NCBI RefSeq assembly: GCF_008831285.2
Contig: NC_045138.2
Location: forward strand, 36,208,001 to 36,272,000
Direction of reading: 5' to 3'
DNA: 64,000 bases
Origin: Nymphaea colorata
Taxonomy: Eukaryota
Part shown: positions 26,259 through 38,042 of the stretch, piece after piece
Layout: the number at the start of each line of letters is the position of its first letter
Position numbering within the stretch: position 1 is the first letter of the stretch
Notes under the pieces: model-generated
Databases searched by the model: none
Told to the model about the DNA's origin: nothing
The model's input: only the letters and a program-made list of their open reading frames with translations
Position numbers and translations under genes: made by a program

Positions 26259-28804
26259 ATGGCAGCAGAAATGGCTATTCTCAAACCCATTTCATTCAAA
26301 CCAGAAACCGGCAGCACAAGGGCCATCTTCAAAATCAGCCATTCCTCAAAATCATGCATAAGATGCCTCCCCAAGATGTCTGCCGCGCCTCCACCCCAGG
26401 GGAATGCAGTCAGCAAGAAAGGCAAGACGGCCATCAAGGAGACTCTGCTGACGCCGAGGTTCTATACCACGGATTTTGAGGCCATGGAAGCACTCTTCAA
26501 CCCCGAGACCAACAAGCACCTGAACATGAAGGAGTTCGAAGCCCTACTGCAGGAATTCAGAAACGACTATAATCAGACCCATTTTGTGAGGGACAAGGAG
26601 TTCAAACAAGCGGCCGACAACTTGCAAGGCCCGATGCGTAGCATCTTTGTTGAGTTCCTCGAGCGGTCGTGCACTGCCGAGTTCTCCGGCTTCCTTCTTT
26701 ACAAGGAAATCGCTCGCAGACTCAAGGTACGTCGATACCGGTGGCTGGAAGTTTCTCTTTTCAGTGGCCACTATGTGTTGTTGATTCCATAGAAAGATTC
26801 AATGAAAAGTTTCAAACGTAATCGTCTTAAATTTTTTTCGATAGATTGGGTAGCTGCATGATATCTTGTTAAACGTATAAAAGCCTACCCGTTCTTTTCT
26901 CATCTTGTGGTGGATTCCAACATTTTTTGTACGATTGGGGATACAGAGTTCATGCATTCAACTGATTAGTGAACTGTTCTGTGGCTTTGCTTGAACAGAA
27001 AACCAATCCTGTTATCGCTGAGATATTTGCACTCATGTCAAGGGATGAAGCCAGGCATGCAGGGTATGCAATTCAAAAATGAGTTTCCCTTCTTTTCTCG
27101 ATTATCCACTATTGCTTCGAAGGACCAAGTGCCATGGACTTTGTTGTAGGAACTGTTGCCTCGTTCTTCTTCCGATCTTTTACAAAATTTTGCAGGTTTC
27201 TGAACAAGGGTCTTGCTGATTTTAACCTGGCACTTGACCTTGGCTTCCTAACAAAGGCTAGGAAGTACACATTTTTCAAGCCAGAATATATCCTCTATGC
27301 CACATACCTGTCGGAGAAAATAGGGTATTGGAGATACATCACAATTTGCAGGCATTTGGTGGCCCACCCAGAATGCCAAATCTATCCAATCTTCAAGTAC
27401 TTTGAGAACTGGTGCCAAGACGAGAATAGGCATGGCGATTTCATCGCTGCAATGTTGAAGGCTCATCCTCGATTTCTTAAAGGCTGGGTGTCCAAACTGT
27501 GGGCAAGATTCTTTTGCCTTACAGTAAGTTTCTCCCCTTATTCTGCATCTTCAGTATGCCCTCTCCATGCCTAGATGGCAGCGCTCTCTCTCTTGCTGAA
27601 ACACGCATACCCACAGACAGTACTGAATCTTTGGCTTCTGCAGGTGTATGTAACAATGTACCTTAATGACTGCCAAAGGACTGCATTTTATGAAGGCATA
27701 GGGCTTGAGACCAAGAAGTTCGACATGCATGTCATCATTGAGGTAATCTTATCAATTTATGTATTAACCAACCGCAGCTTATCTGCCCTAGAGCTTCCCT
27801 TCTTTTGAAGCAAAATGATAGTTACAGTAATCAGGATCAGCTCAGGCTGGCCATTTTTTGCTGTGACCTGATTTTGGAGCCTGAGCGAATTCTTTCCATA
27901 TCACTTCCTAGGCTCTCGCCAATTTTTTTTTTCAAAGAAAAGGAAGAGAAAAGGTGGGTTATTTTCAAATGTCCAAAACTTCTTAACACCATAATTTATA
28001 CACGCATGACGCATCACAGAATAATAACAGGCATACATACAAATGACAACTGACAGTTTGAACTTTGGAGCATGATTCATGAAACACCAGAGATATTTCG
28101 AGAGAAGTTTTCCTCGAGGAAAGATTGATACATATAGAAAATATCACATATATTACAACATACCAAACAGTCGATGTATGTTTATGCATAAAACTCTCTT
28201 CTAATATTTTCGAGAAATGGAGTTTCAAAAATGCCACCTTTGTAAAAAAAATTGAGAAAATGGTATGCGACTCTGCCACTGTATCCATTTATCAATGACG
28301 CCGAAGCGAGAGAACAGGGAAAATGTTTAATAAACAAAAGGAAGAAAAGAAAAGGAGAAAAGCAGGCAGTCCGTCCGAGGCCCAAAATATCCTGCGTTTT
28401 ACCAGTTGTCAACTCTAGTCCAAGGGCAAAGATGTGGTTACTTCCCGTTCGGTTCTAGTGTGTAATTTAACCACTACTCCATGCCTTGTCAATCTATTTG
28501 CAGAATCTGACCGTTGCATCTCTGTTTTTGGTGTTCTCAGACTAACAAAACGACAGCAAGGCTCTTCCCAGCGGTGTTGGACGTGGAGAACCCAGAATTC
28601 AAGAGAAAGCTGGACAGAATGGTAGAGATAAACAAGAAGTTGAGTGCCGTTAGCAATAGCAATGATCCTGAATTTCTGAAGAAGTTGAAGAAGATACCCC
28701 TTGCTGCTGCTCTCCTTGCCGAGCTCGTGGCAGCTTATTTCATGCCCCCAGTTGATTCTGGATCTGTTGAATTACTAGAATATGATCCTAAGCTTGTTTA
28801 CTAG
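26259..28804 (+). CDS. CHL27: Mg-protoporphyrin IX monomethyl ester oxidative cyclase (AcsF/CRD1 family), chloroplast-targeted
   Basis: Exons 26259-26726, 26999-27063, 27196-27523, 27644-27742 and 28541-28804. Starts MAAEMA (transit peptide). Motifs [37 protein letters not shown] and the di-iron motifs DEARH and DENRH. Confidence 0.96.
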
Positions 28805-30481
28805 ATTACTGGTGGAAGAGCATACTCAGTTCTGTAATTTTGCAGAATAAGAGACTGTTGTGAGAATTTTGTTACCGTCTTTGCCAAAGTCAACGACTTC
28901 TTTACTTCTTTGTTTATCAAGTTGGATAAAGTTTTACTGTGAAGAACATGTACGATTTTGAAGTGCACAGACTCTGTAGTAATCGACTCCTTTTGACCAG
29001 TGTGATCCACGAAGAAGAAAACTCTTGCTTTCGCTTTTCTCTGCTGATCTTTAACATCCTCGAACCTTGAGTTAGTTTGGGTGAGCGAGAGGGTCAATCC
29101 CACCGCCCTAAGGCCCCCCCATATTCCCGAATGAAATTGGAAAAAAAAAAAAAGAGGAAGAAAAGACTTGTCCAGCTCTGGTCAAGGTGTTTAATCTTCT
29201 ATTGATCTTCTTCTTCAACTCGAAAGAGCCTATGTCCTCCAACAAACATTTCTCAGGAATCAAATGAAAATTATAATGACCCAAGACAGCCTTCATGCAA
29301 CTCTGCAGCTATTTGATTAAAGGAGGTCAACAGTTCAACAGCACGATACAGGTATATCTTTTGGGCATAATCTGGTACTTCTTTGGCTCAACTTGCCAAT
29401 TTTTCGTTTAAAGAAAGACCATGACTTAGTATTTTCATATTTCTCTAATTGTTTTTGAATTGCAAGTCCGAGTGGAAGACGGAACCTCTTGCAACTAAAG
29501 ATCGAATATAGTGACTCGAGTACAGAAAACATCCGATGTTCCTGGTGATTGTTAATTGTTTGTGGCATCAGCAAACCTGTCTTTTAGTTACATTTCAGCG
29601 TGTACAGTGTTGTTAATAATATCATTTTTTTGCAAAAATCAACTTAAATTATTTTAGTCAAACTTTCTTTATTTGTTTTAATATAAATATCTTCGTTATG
29701 GCCAAATTGTTTCGCACCAAGCCATATGGCGAGTTCATTATTTATCAAACACCAACTAAACTTAAAAAAAACAGTAGATATATGGTTAGGAGCATAGCTG
29801 AAGGCTTCATTTGTCGCCCTGTGCTGAATCCAACGTCATGAAAATATGCACCAACTGCCGACATTATCCAGAAAGCTAAGCTTGATATACAAGCTATGAG
29901 GAAGAAAACAACTAAATCAAGAGTGTCATAAAAAAATAATAATATAAGAGAGTAAACCTTCCCTTTAGGGCGTGCTTGCATGCAGAAGATAAGTAGTCTG
30001 AGATAAATTTATCTCAGGCAAATGACATCTATATGAAAAATGCCTGGACATGATGACAAGGTGAATTGGGATAAGTGAGACAGGTTGCTGAGCAGAAAAT
30101 TTCACTGTGCTTGATTCATGAGGCTAGAACTAGAAGCTGAATGTTTCATACAGTATGGAATGATGGAAAGAAGAGCAGGAACCAAGGTGCAAGGGAAATG
30201 AGAAAGTGAATGTAATCTAGAAATCGAGCGAAGTTACAGCACTCCGTGGATACTGTGATCTCGAGACAAGGGCACTTGAGTCCATTCAGATGTCAAGACA
30301 GAGATGGTGACCTACCCGTTCGCAACCACTGACAAAGAATCTAATAAGGGAGTAACATCCGGAGAGGACGGTTTTTCTACGTCCGGGACTCCCCTTCTTT
30401 TCCTATTTCCAGGTTTGCCCTTCAATGCAGCGGCGGCGGCGGCGGCGGCTGCAGCACGGCGCCACCCTCCCTTCCAGTCCC

Positions 30482-32751
30482 ATGGCTATGGAGATCAGAG
30501 CCCGTTTGGCAGCATGGGATTTCGGGATGTCGCTCATGTGGGCATGGTCGGGGGCCCTCACGAGGCTGCTGGTGCACGGGTTCGGTGACGGCACCGTGGC
30601 GGGGGAGGTGGTGAAGGTTTCGCTCTACGTGGGCTCGCTATTCTTATCCGCATGGGTGGGGAGGGTCACCGGTGGTGGATGCGGCAACCCGCTGACCCTG
30701 TTGGTGAGGTCCGTCTCCGATGACTTTAATGACCTCTCCTTCACCGTTCTAGCCAGAATTCCTGCTCAAGTATGAACAACTCTTCTCCTTCTCTCTCTCC
30801 CTCTCATAGAGAAAAAAACAAAGGCAAATTCAGATTGGTGGTGGTATGTGGGAGGTATGTGTTGCAGACGTTCTGCATGTTGGTGGTGGTATGTGGGAGG
30901 TACTGTGTTGCAGACATTCTGCAGCTTGGTGGTGGTATGTGGGAGGTAGTTTGTTGCAGACGTTCTGCTCTGCCATATATAAAAATGATATATTTCAAAA
31001 TATTGCCAAATTTTCTGAAAATATGGCGTACTGCTGCTTATGTATTTCTTCGTGTCTTCAAAATTATATTTCTAGATTTAGTTTTATATTTGACATATTT
31101 CAAGAAGAAAGATCTTCTCCTCCCAATTAAGTTCCAAACGAGTGAGGGGTGAACCCAATATCTCTAAGGAGGTTTGTAATGGTGGGTGAGGGCCGATAGG
31201 TGACCAATTTTTGTTTTGATTTCTCACTATGCTACTACTTTGTACTTATATAAATAATAGAAAGCAATCTTAAACCTTAAGAGGATGAAGGGAAGAGGAT
31301 GAAGGGAAGGGAGGAAGCTTCAGCATTCACCCCAATCTCGACAAGCCAAAGCTCCCACCAAGAGTCTTGCTTCCGTTGCACTTCAATTACTTTTCTCTCT
31401 CCTCCTCTTCCAATCTCTCTTTATATTATAAGAAGTCGACGCTTCTTCCACTCAAAATAGCCGTTCTGTTGACACTCTCGGTGACTTATTCCCATTGTTA
31501 CACTTTGAAATTTTGTTTTCATAAACTTTTTATAATAATTACAATGACATTTTTTTTTTTTACTTTGGATGAAGGTGAATTTTGCTTCCCATCAATTAAT
31601 ATTCTAGTTTTTCATCTGGATCTGTTCTGGTCACCACGGTGCTGACCAGACGACATACACATCTTGATAAAGGATTGTCAGATTTAAATTCTAAAATGCG
31701 TATAAATATGGACAATAAAGTTCATGCATTACAATTTACAAAAGAAAACAAAATAACATCATAATGTTTTCAAAATCAATATAAACTCTAATTCTATAAA
31801 TATGACGGTTTTCCTATATAATTTGCAAACAAACTAAAATAGAATTCTCCTTTTTAAACGTTGCTATGGAGAATTTAACAATGATTAAGAGGTGGAATTA
31901 TTTGCAAATTATTTTGTTGGATTTGTATATATCTCAGGTATGTGGCTCCATTGTCGGGGCCGCCTTAGTCACCCTCATCCTCCCTGAGTTCACCTACAGT
32001 GATCCACTGAAGGTCGGCATTGCTCAAGGGGCACTCACAGAAGGGTTTCTTGCCTTTGGAATCGCGTCCGTCTCGCTCGCACTCACGAGATACGACCCCA
32101 ATGACTTCATCGTCAAGACATGGATCCACAGCATGTCCAGGCTCACTCTCCGCATCCTGGGCTCGGACCTAACTGGAGGAATAATGAACCCTGCCTCGGT
32201 GAGTAACAGCCTTTCGCTTTACAATATCCCAAGAATCCTAGATTTCGATCTTTTTAAAACTTCTGTACATCATAGTGTAAGAAGCAAGGGGAGACAATTG
32301 GACCCCCCTAGAGTCCCAGTTTATACTTCAGTGGTTTCTCTTCAGAAGAGAAGTTATTCAGGTCATCAAACGCAGCCATAGATCAAGGACCTGATCCTTC
32401 TGATTTTATCGGCATCAAGAAAGCAGGAGAATGAAAGAGTACAAAGAACAAATTGTTGTTGGGTATTTCTGTCGCGAGAATGATTGTCTGAAAGAGTGCA
32501 TGGTAATAAACTGGTAACAGGCAGCAGGCTGGGCGTTCGTCCTAGGCAACCAAACTGCGAGGCAACACCTACTCGTTTACTGGATTGCACCTATTCAGGC
32601 GACCATCTTAGCAGCATGGGCGTTCAGGTGGCTCATCCAGAACGGCCGCAAGCAGGAGAAGCGGCCACAGTTCATGGTATCCGTCCCCATCCCTCGTCGT
32701 CTGGACTCATCGAGCAGAATCCTGTCTAGGAGGACACACAAATTTCAATAG
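30482..32751 (+). CDS. SIP2: Aquaporin, small basic intrinsic protein SIP2-like (divergent), ~259 aa
   Basis: Exons 30482-30769, 31938-32198 and 32521-32751. NPL first motif (30686-30694), GALTEG, ILGSDLTGGIMNPAS, HLLVYWIAP. An in-frame upstream ATG exists at 30425. Confidence 0.88.
30836..30970. repeat. ~45-bp minisatellite, 3 copies, in SIP2 intron 1
   Basis: tggtggtggtatgtgggaggta..gttgcagac(g/a)ttctgc three times. Confidence 0.9.
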
Positions 32752-32940
32752 CAAAAGGCTTTCTACATGAGGGGCGTTTTTTTTTTATAAACCATGCAGT
32801 GTAAATCAAAGTCTCATGTGTTATATGGCCTCCTTTTTTTCTTAAGATCATGCTTTCATTACCATACAGAGGCAAAATAAACACATGGTGATAAAGTCCA
32901 AGAAAGCCAAATGGTTAAGAGAACGTTTCCTTGTTTTGAG

Positions 32941-33148
32941 TTTTCCTTTTTTCCCCTCTCAAGCGAATCAAGGCTCAAACCCTCGTAGCGGTAGCAGGCA
33001 AACCACTTGAGTGCAACTTCCCAACCAAGAGATACACCTTGCTTCGGCTACCCAACAAAGGACGGAATTCATGAGAGTCAAGCCTCAACTGCCCGCCCGA
33101 GAGCCGTTGCCTGGTCTATCCCTATTACGCCGACCCTTTGGGTCGGCC
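32941..33148 (-). mobile_element. Candidate tRNA-derived SINE between the convergent SIP2 and PAG1 3' ends
   Basis: GC-rich ~200-nt island. On the minus strand: 5' hairpin GCCGACCC-AAA-GGGTCGGC, A-box-like GGCGTAATAGG, degenerate B-box-like GGCTTGACTCT and an A-rich tail. No clear TSD. Confidence 0.4.
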
Positions 33149-33319
33149 TAGGTTCTTAGTCATCATCCAATAGGTGACAGGAACCGATATGAAAAATGAA
33201 ATTATGCCACTCAAATATTTTTTCCTTAAGGTCACATCACAACTTAAAAATTCTTCGCTTATGAGAACTGTTGCTTAGGCTACATGGGATCCTATATTAG
33301 CTTCCGAAAAGAAGAAAAC

Positions 33320-33357
33320 AAGGGGATCAAACGGGATATAAGGGGATCAAACGGGAT
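33320..33357. repeat. 20-bp tandem duplication immediately 3' of the PAG1 stop codon
   Basis: aaggggatcaaacgggat twice with period 20. Confidence 0.85.
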
Positions 33358-36300
33358 TAGTCAGCATCCATGTCCTCTTGGGCAGCCTCAGCAGCCGATT
33401 TTGCCTGTTCTAGAAGGTCAGCAGGAACCTGAAAAGTTTAAAACAGTCAAGTCAAACTTCTCGAACAAATTGCTATGGTTAAGAACACGTATGCATTTAA
33501 CATAGATGCTCGAACAATCGTAACACTATCAATTGCCAACAACCTCATATTCCGTTGTCCAACTAATTTTTATTACCTTTTGATGTTCCCGATTTGACTC
33601 CTCGCATATCCAACTCAGTTCTAGTTCAAAAGCTTTGTCCTTTGCCTCATCATGGACACTGTATATACTGCAATCATGAAAAATAAAATTTTTCTGAAAC
33701 CAGCCAATAACTAAGGAAAACGTTTAATTCAAAACTACATGGCTTAAGATTCTGGTTGAAACTGCAAAAACAGAAATTGTACTTTTAAGTTTATTCATCC
33801 TAACCTTTAAACCTTTTGAAGACGACTTTGGAGGTAACTGCCTTGTGGGGACACAAAAACTATTTGCATATTTGATTTGACAATTAGTTTCTGAGAAAAC
33901 CGTTTCTTAACCTTTCAAATTTCAATAACCATTAAGCATGCATGAAAAGTTCTAGTCGATATTCCAGTGCATGTTCTATATTACACAGGCATATATTGAT
34001 TGGACAAACAAATGTACCAAGGCGCTTTAAGCAAACCATCAGACCCCCAACCAAAAGAGGGAGAATGTTGTGCCACTGATCTATTGCCGAAAACTTTAAA
34101 GACACACAAGAATGGATCCGACCAAGTACCGTAATTGAGAATAATAAGAAGGTTCACAATCAGGACAGAGACAAAATTGGTGTTCCACGCATTGTCTAAT
34201 TACAGTAAAAAACGAAGGAAAAAATGCACAAAGGAACTTACATTTTAGCAACTTCAATAATTCCTTCCCTACATGTCATTTCAGAAAGCTTCAACTTTTC
34301 GATCTCTCTGCCATACAAACAACTTAACCATGTCAATGCCACTGCCTTTAACATGACAATGCAAATGGTACAGAAGGCAAATATCTGCGCGTGTGCTTCC
34401 ACGTGCACTAGCATTTGCATATTTAAATTTAAGCAGCTTAAGCAAGAAGCATACGTTTTGGCAGCTTGCCGACCCTTCCCAATTGCCGCTCCATAGTACC
34501 TCTGCAATTATATTCGTATAACACAAATTTATAAGCTTGCTTTTCGAGAAGAAAATGAAGGCAATTTGGAAAAAAGTTAAATGGGCTTTTTGGCCATTGC
34601 AACCGGCACTTCACAGTTTACAAAGGGATACAAACGCACGTAGGAAACTCCTGATGGCTCAACGATGTATAGCTGTGGCCCATCTCTGTCATACCCCCCA
34701 AGAATTATCCCACAACCAAATGGCCTGTATCGATGATAAACTATAAATAAGAATTATGAGGAAATAAATGAAGGAAAGTACAATCATGCTTCACCATATC
34801 CAGCAAAAAAGAAGAACTGTTAGAAGAAATTAACCAACCTTAGCCACCAGTAGAGTGTGCACAAGTGCACATAACTAGCAATACGGTCTGCAAGTTCTTT
34901 AACAGGGATAGGTTCCCCATAGATACTGCAATGGTATAAAAGCCACTGTATATTAAGAAGAAGAAGGCAGAAGTATAATTTGTACATCTATATCTCATCA
35001 AATGAAAAGTTATGTAATAGAACTAATTTGTACATCTATATCTCATCAAATGAAAAGTTATGTAATAGAACTAATTTGTACATCTATATCTCATCAAATG
35101 AAAAGTTATGTAATAGAACCTTTCAGGTGTACCCCAGAACCCCAAATATGAAAGAAGAGTTTATAACATTATTCGCTTATTTTTCTTTTTCTCTTTTAAT
35201 CAGGAGAAAACGGAACACAATGAAGGATGAAAAAAAGGGAAATAACAACAGAAATTGGAACACATCTACCGGAAAAGACAAAATTGCAGATGAGACATTC
35301 TTCATTATAGTTTCCACCCAAATAGAACGATGCAAATTGACAGGAATGAATAATTTAAAGGACCGCTAGTTCATCCATCGAGAAACAGTAAATTCAAGAA
35401 TATACTTCGAGTAGCTAGTTGCTTCAGACTTGGCTCGAGCAACAATCTGCCTCCCATCAGCTGCCAATCCAGCCACAGCCTGTACCCAATTGCCAAAAAG
35501 ATTTACATGAATGACCAAACAAACATTATCAACCTAAAGTGATAAAGTCAAATGACGAACCATAAAAACATTGAAATTTGCCAAACAAGGAGATACAAAT
35601 CCAGAACAGCTAAAAAACACCCAACCAATCACTGTAAAAAAATTGAAAATTCATTAACCACGACAACAAAGCTGCAAAGCACATAAAGGCAAACTGTCTG
35701 TAGAGTACCACGCCAGAGTGGCGGTGAACAGAATGGATTCGCCGATTGCATCCTTCCAACATCATTTTTGATGTTATGAGTTTCTCAACGCCCTGGTCAG
35801 AAAAGGTATACCAAGAAAAATTAATAACCTGAGCTTGAATTGATGAGACACGATCACGAGCAAGACATACGCCAGCTAACCAACCACGCAAGTCTCAACA
35901 GTCAACAGAAAGCTACAACAGAAAGAGTATACCAAGAGTAAAAGGTCTTACCAAGACAATCCCATCCTTGCACTTGATCCCAACTACCGTCCTACATATC
36001 AAAAATTTCATTGCCAAAAGTTGAATCATTAGACAGGGAATAGAAATATGAAACCCTACACAACTATGACTAAGGGAAATGAAACCGATTATTACGAATC
36101 AAAGTCCTGTTGTTCAGCGACACTAACCAGTATGAAGTCAATAGACTTAATCATTGATATTACAGCAATCAGGCGAAACGAAACCCAGGAAACAGAAGTG
36201 AAGACCCAAAACAGAAAAATCAAGAAGCTCAAAACTGAACCCAGTAGCAGAAAGACGCTGTTCCCGTTCGCAAAAAGACGAGACTGATCCCATCCATTTA

Positions 36301-36641
36301 CGAATTTTAGGCAATGGAGGGAAAATAGAGAGCTATTTCTCAAGTTAAGATTGGCTTTGGCCCGTTCCTGCCTTCTTTTTTTTCAGCACGCCACCATGCT
36401 GCAATTGCAAAGTTCTCCGATGTCTATGACACTGGCATTTTATTGTTTAAATTTTCCAAAGGCAGATATCGAACTCGAGGAAAACGAAATAAAATGAAGA
36501 TCTTTTTGAAATATCCTCCCCCCTGCGTCTTATCGCAAATTCACCAAAAGGAAAGCCATCAATCATGCCGGGATATCGCGATTGCGACATTTTTCTTGGG
36601 ACCCAAATGAATGTGTGTGCGTGTGCGCGTGCGTGTGCGTG

Positions 36642-36680
<39 letters not shown>

Positions 36681-36787
36681 CACCCGCTGTTGTCGACGGC
36701 CTTGGCAGCGTACTCTATCTGGAAGACTCGACCGTCGGGGGAGAAGGTAGTCACAGAGAGATCATAACCCGTTCCGATGCTACTCAT
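33357..36787 (-). CDS. PAG1: 20S proteasome subunit alpha-7 (alpha type-3)
   Basis: Ten exons: 36787-36684, 35991-35952, 35792-35709, 35479-35406, 34925-34839, 34724-34640, 34501-34455, 34307-34242, 33667-33577, 33428-33357. [35 protein letters not shown]...LYWWLRPFG...[11 protein letters not shown]...EDMDAD*. Confidence 0.97.
34977..35119. repeat. 48-bp tandem repeat, 3 copies, in PAG1 intron 4
   Basis: aatttgtacatctatatctcatcaaatgaaaagttatgtaatagaact three times. Confidence 0.95.
36612..36679. repeat. Compound (TG/CG)n-(GA)n microsatellite at the start of PAG1 intron 1
   Basis: Directly visible, a few nt from the donor site. Confidence 0.9.
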
Positions 36788-37213
36788 CTCTCTCTCTCTC
36801 TGAAAAAACTTCGTCTTCAAGAAACCAAAACGATGAGAAAGAGCAAAAGGTAAAAGCAGATCGGAAATATGGAGGGAGCTAACATGTACAAAACGAGCAT
36901 AGGTTGCCTTCTCGATTGAGCCCCTATCTTTGTTAAAATTACCCAACGTGCCATCATCCGACTCGGTCCCGAGTGTGCCGATGGACGGGACCTAGCGACC
37001 AAGAATGAGGACGCTAGGGACCAAGAATAGTTGAATTACTCCATTGTCACATTTTTGTTATATTGTAAAACCGTAAATTTAACCAAATAATTCTCTCATT
37101 TTTGTGTTTTAATTCTTGTTTATTATGTCAATTTTCTTTCCGTTTTGATGTTTCATAGTCGCCCCTGCAAGGAGAGGCACGTAGGTGAAACACCTGTGAC
37201 GATGGTTAAGGGT

Positions 37214-37245
37214 GGGCTCGGATGAGTAATTGAGTATTTGGCCCA
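37214..37245. promoter_or_regulatory. Site II-like motifs (TGGGCT, GGCCCA) upstream of PAG1
   Basis: gggtgggctcgg and ttggcccatg, about 430-460 nt upstream of the ATG. Such motifs are typical of proteasome and housekeeping promoters, but they are short. Confidence 0.35.
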
Positions 37246-38042
37246 TGACTGATCGAGCTTGGCATGATTATTTGACCTGTGAACCAGTTCGATAAAAGAA
37301 ACTCGTCGGACCAAACTGACCCGAGTCCGGTATTAGAGACCCGTACCATATCAGCTCCGTAGATACATTTTGTGATGCTGGCATACTCTTAGCACAATAC
37401 TGATAACTCCTTTCAAAAACTCTTAGCATATCGCCGAAACGCTCCCTTATCGAGTTGAGGGTTTAACCGAGTACACAACGTGTATGAAGTTGATAGTCGA
37501 GTTCAGCCCGATAACTAAGCAGAGGTCAGGCTTTGAGCCGCCAATAAGGTCTTCGAGTCCGTCGAGCACAACTTTGTGGAGCCTTATACCTGATTTCCAG
37601 CTTTGGAATTGGAACAGAATGTCAAGTCTTTTATACGTCACATACCCTCCGACCTGATCTGCCAGCTCGCATAGTCTCTCTATCTCTCTAACAGCCGCAC
37701 TCATGCAGCTGAGAAACCTAAAGAAATACGACAGCAGCACTGCCAGTACGTGATTCATGTCGATGCAACTAAACGTTCAGAAACCCAGCCAAAGATGTTC
37801 CAAAACCAGGAAACCACCAACCATATATGGGACTCTAATTTATTTGCAACCTTTCTCACAATTGACTTTGATACAAATATACACTACCTATCGGCAGTAA
37901 AAGTAGGTGATTTTCTAATCCCCCATCTTACAGGAGACTGTACACAAGCAATCAGAGAAAAAAAAAAAGCTCACAAGAAAAAACAGGGTGTTTATGTTTA
38001 GATGGCTTTCCGAAAAGCCATCGTATTAACTATCTCCAGCTT

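Noticed and set aside
28040..28415. Possible MITE in CHL27 intron 4, with a similar-looking tract near 47815-48100
   Set aside because: Only a 9-bp inverted match (tgacaactg/cagttgtca) and no TSD. It needs a repeat search.
30047..30146. Possible C/D-box snoRNA (ATGATGA...CTGA with a short stem)
   Set aside because: The stem is weak. The only rRNA resemblance I recall (GTGAGACAGGTT) is sense rather than antisense, so it is probably chance.
14410..31945. Acceptors followed by donor-like GTAATT (14415) or GTATGT (31938) as recursive sites
   Set aside because: Both are explained by the first codons of required coding exons, so coincidence is sufficient.
30836..35119. Minisatellites at 30836 and 34977 as CRISPR-like arrays
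   Set aside because: Head-to-tail repeats without unique spacers, in eukaryotic introns, with no cas genes.
37447..37758. 103-aa minus-strand ORF between the kinase-like gene and PAG1
   Set aside because: No recognisable domain. Likely 3' UTR or intergenic sequence.
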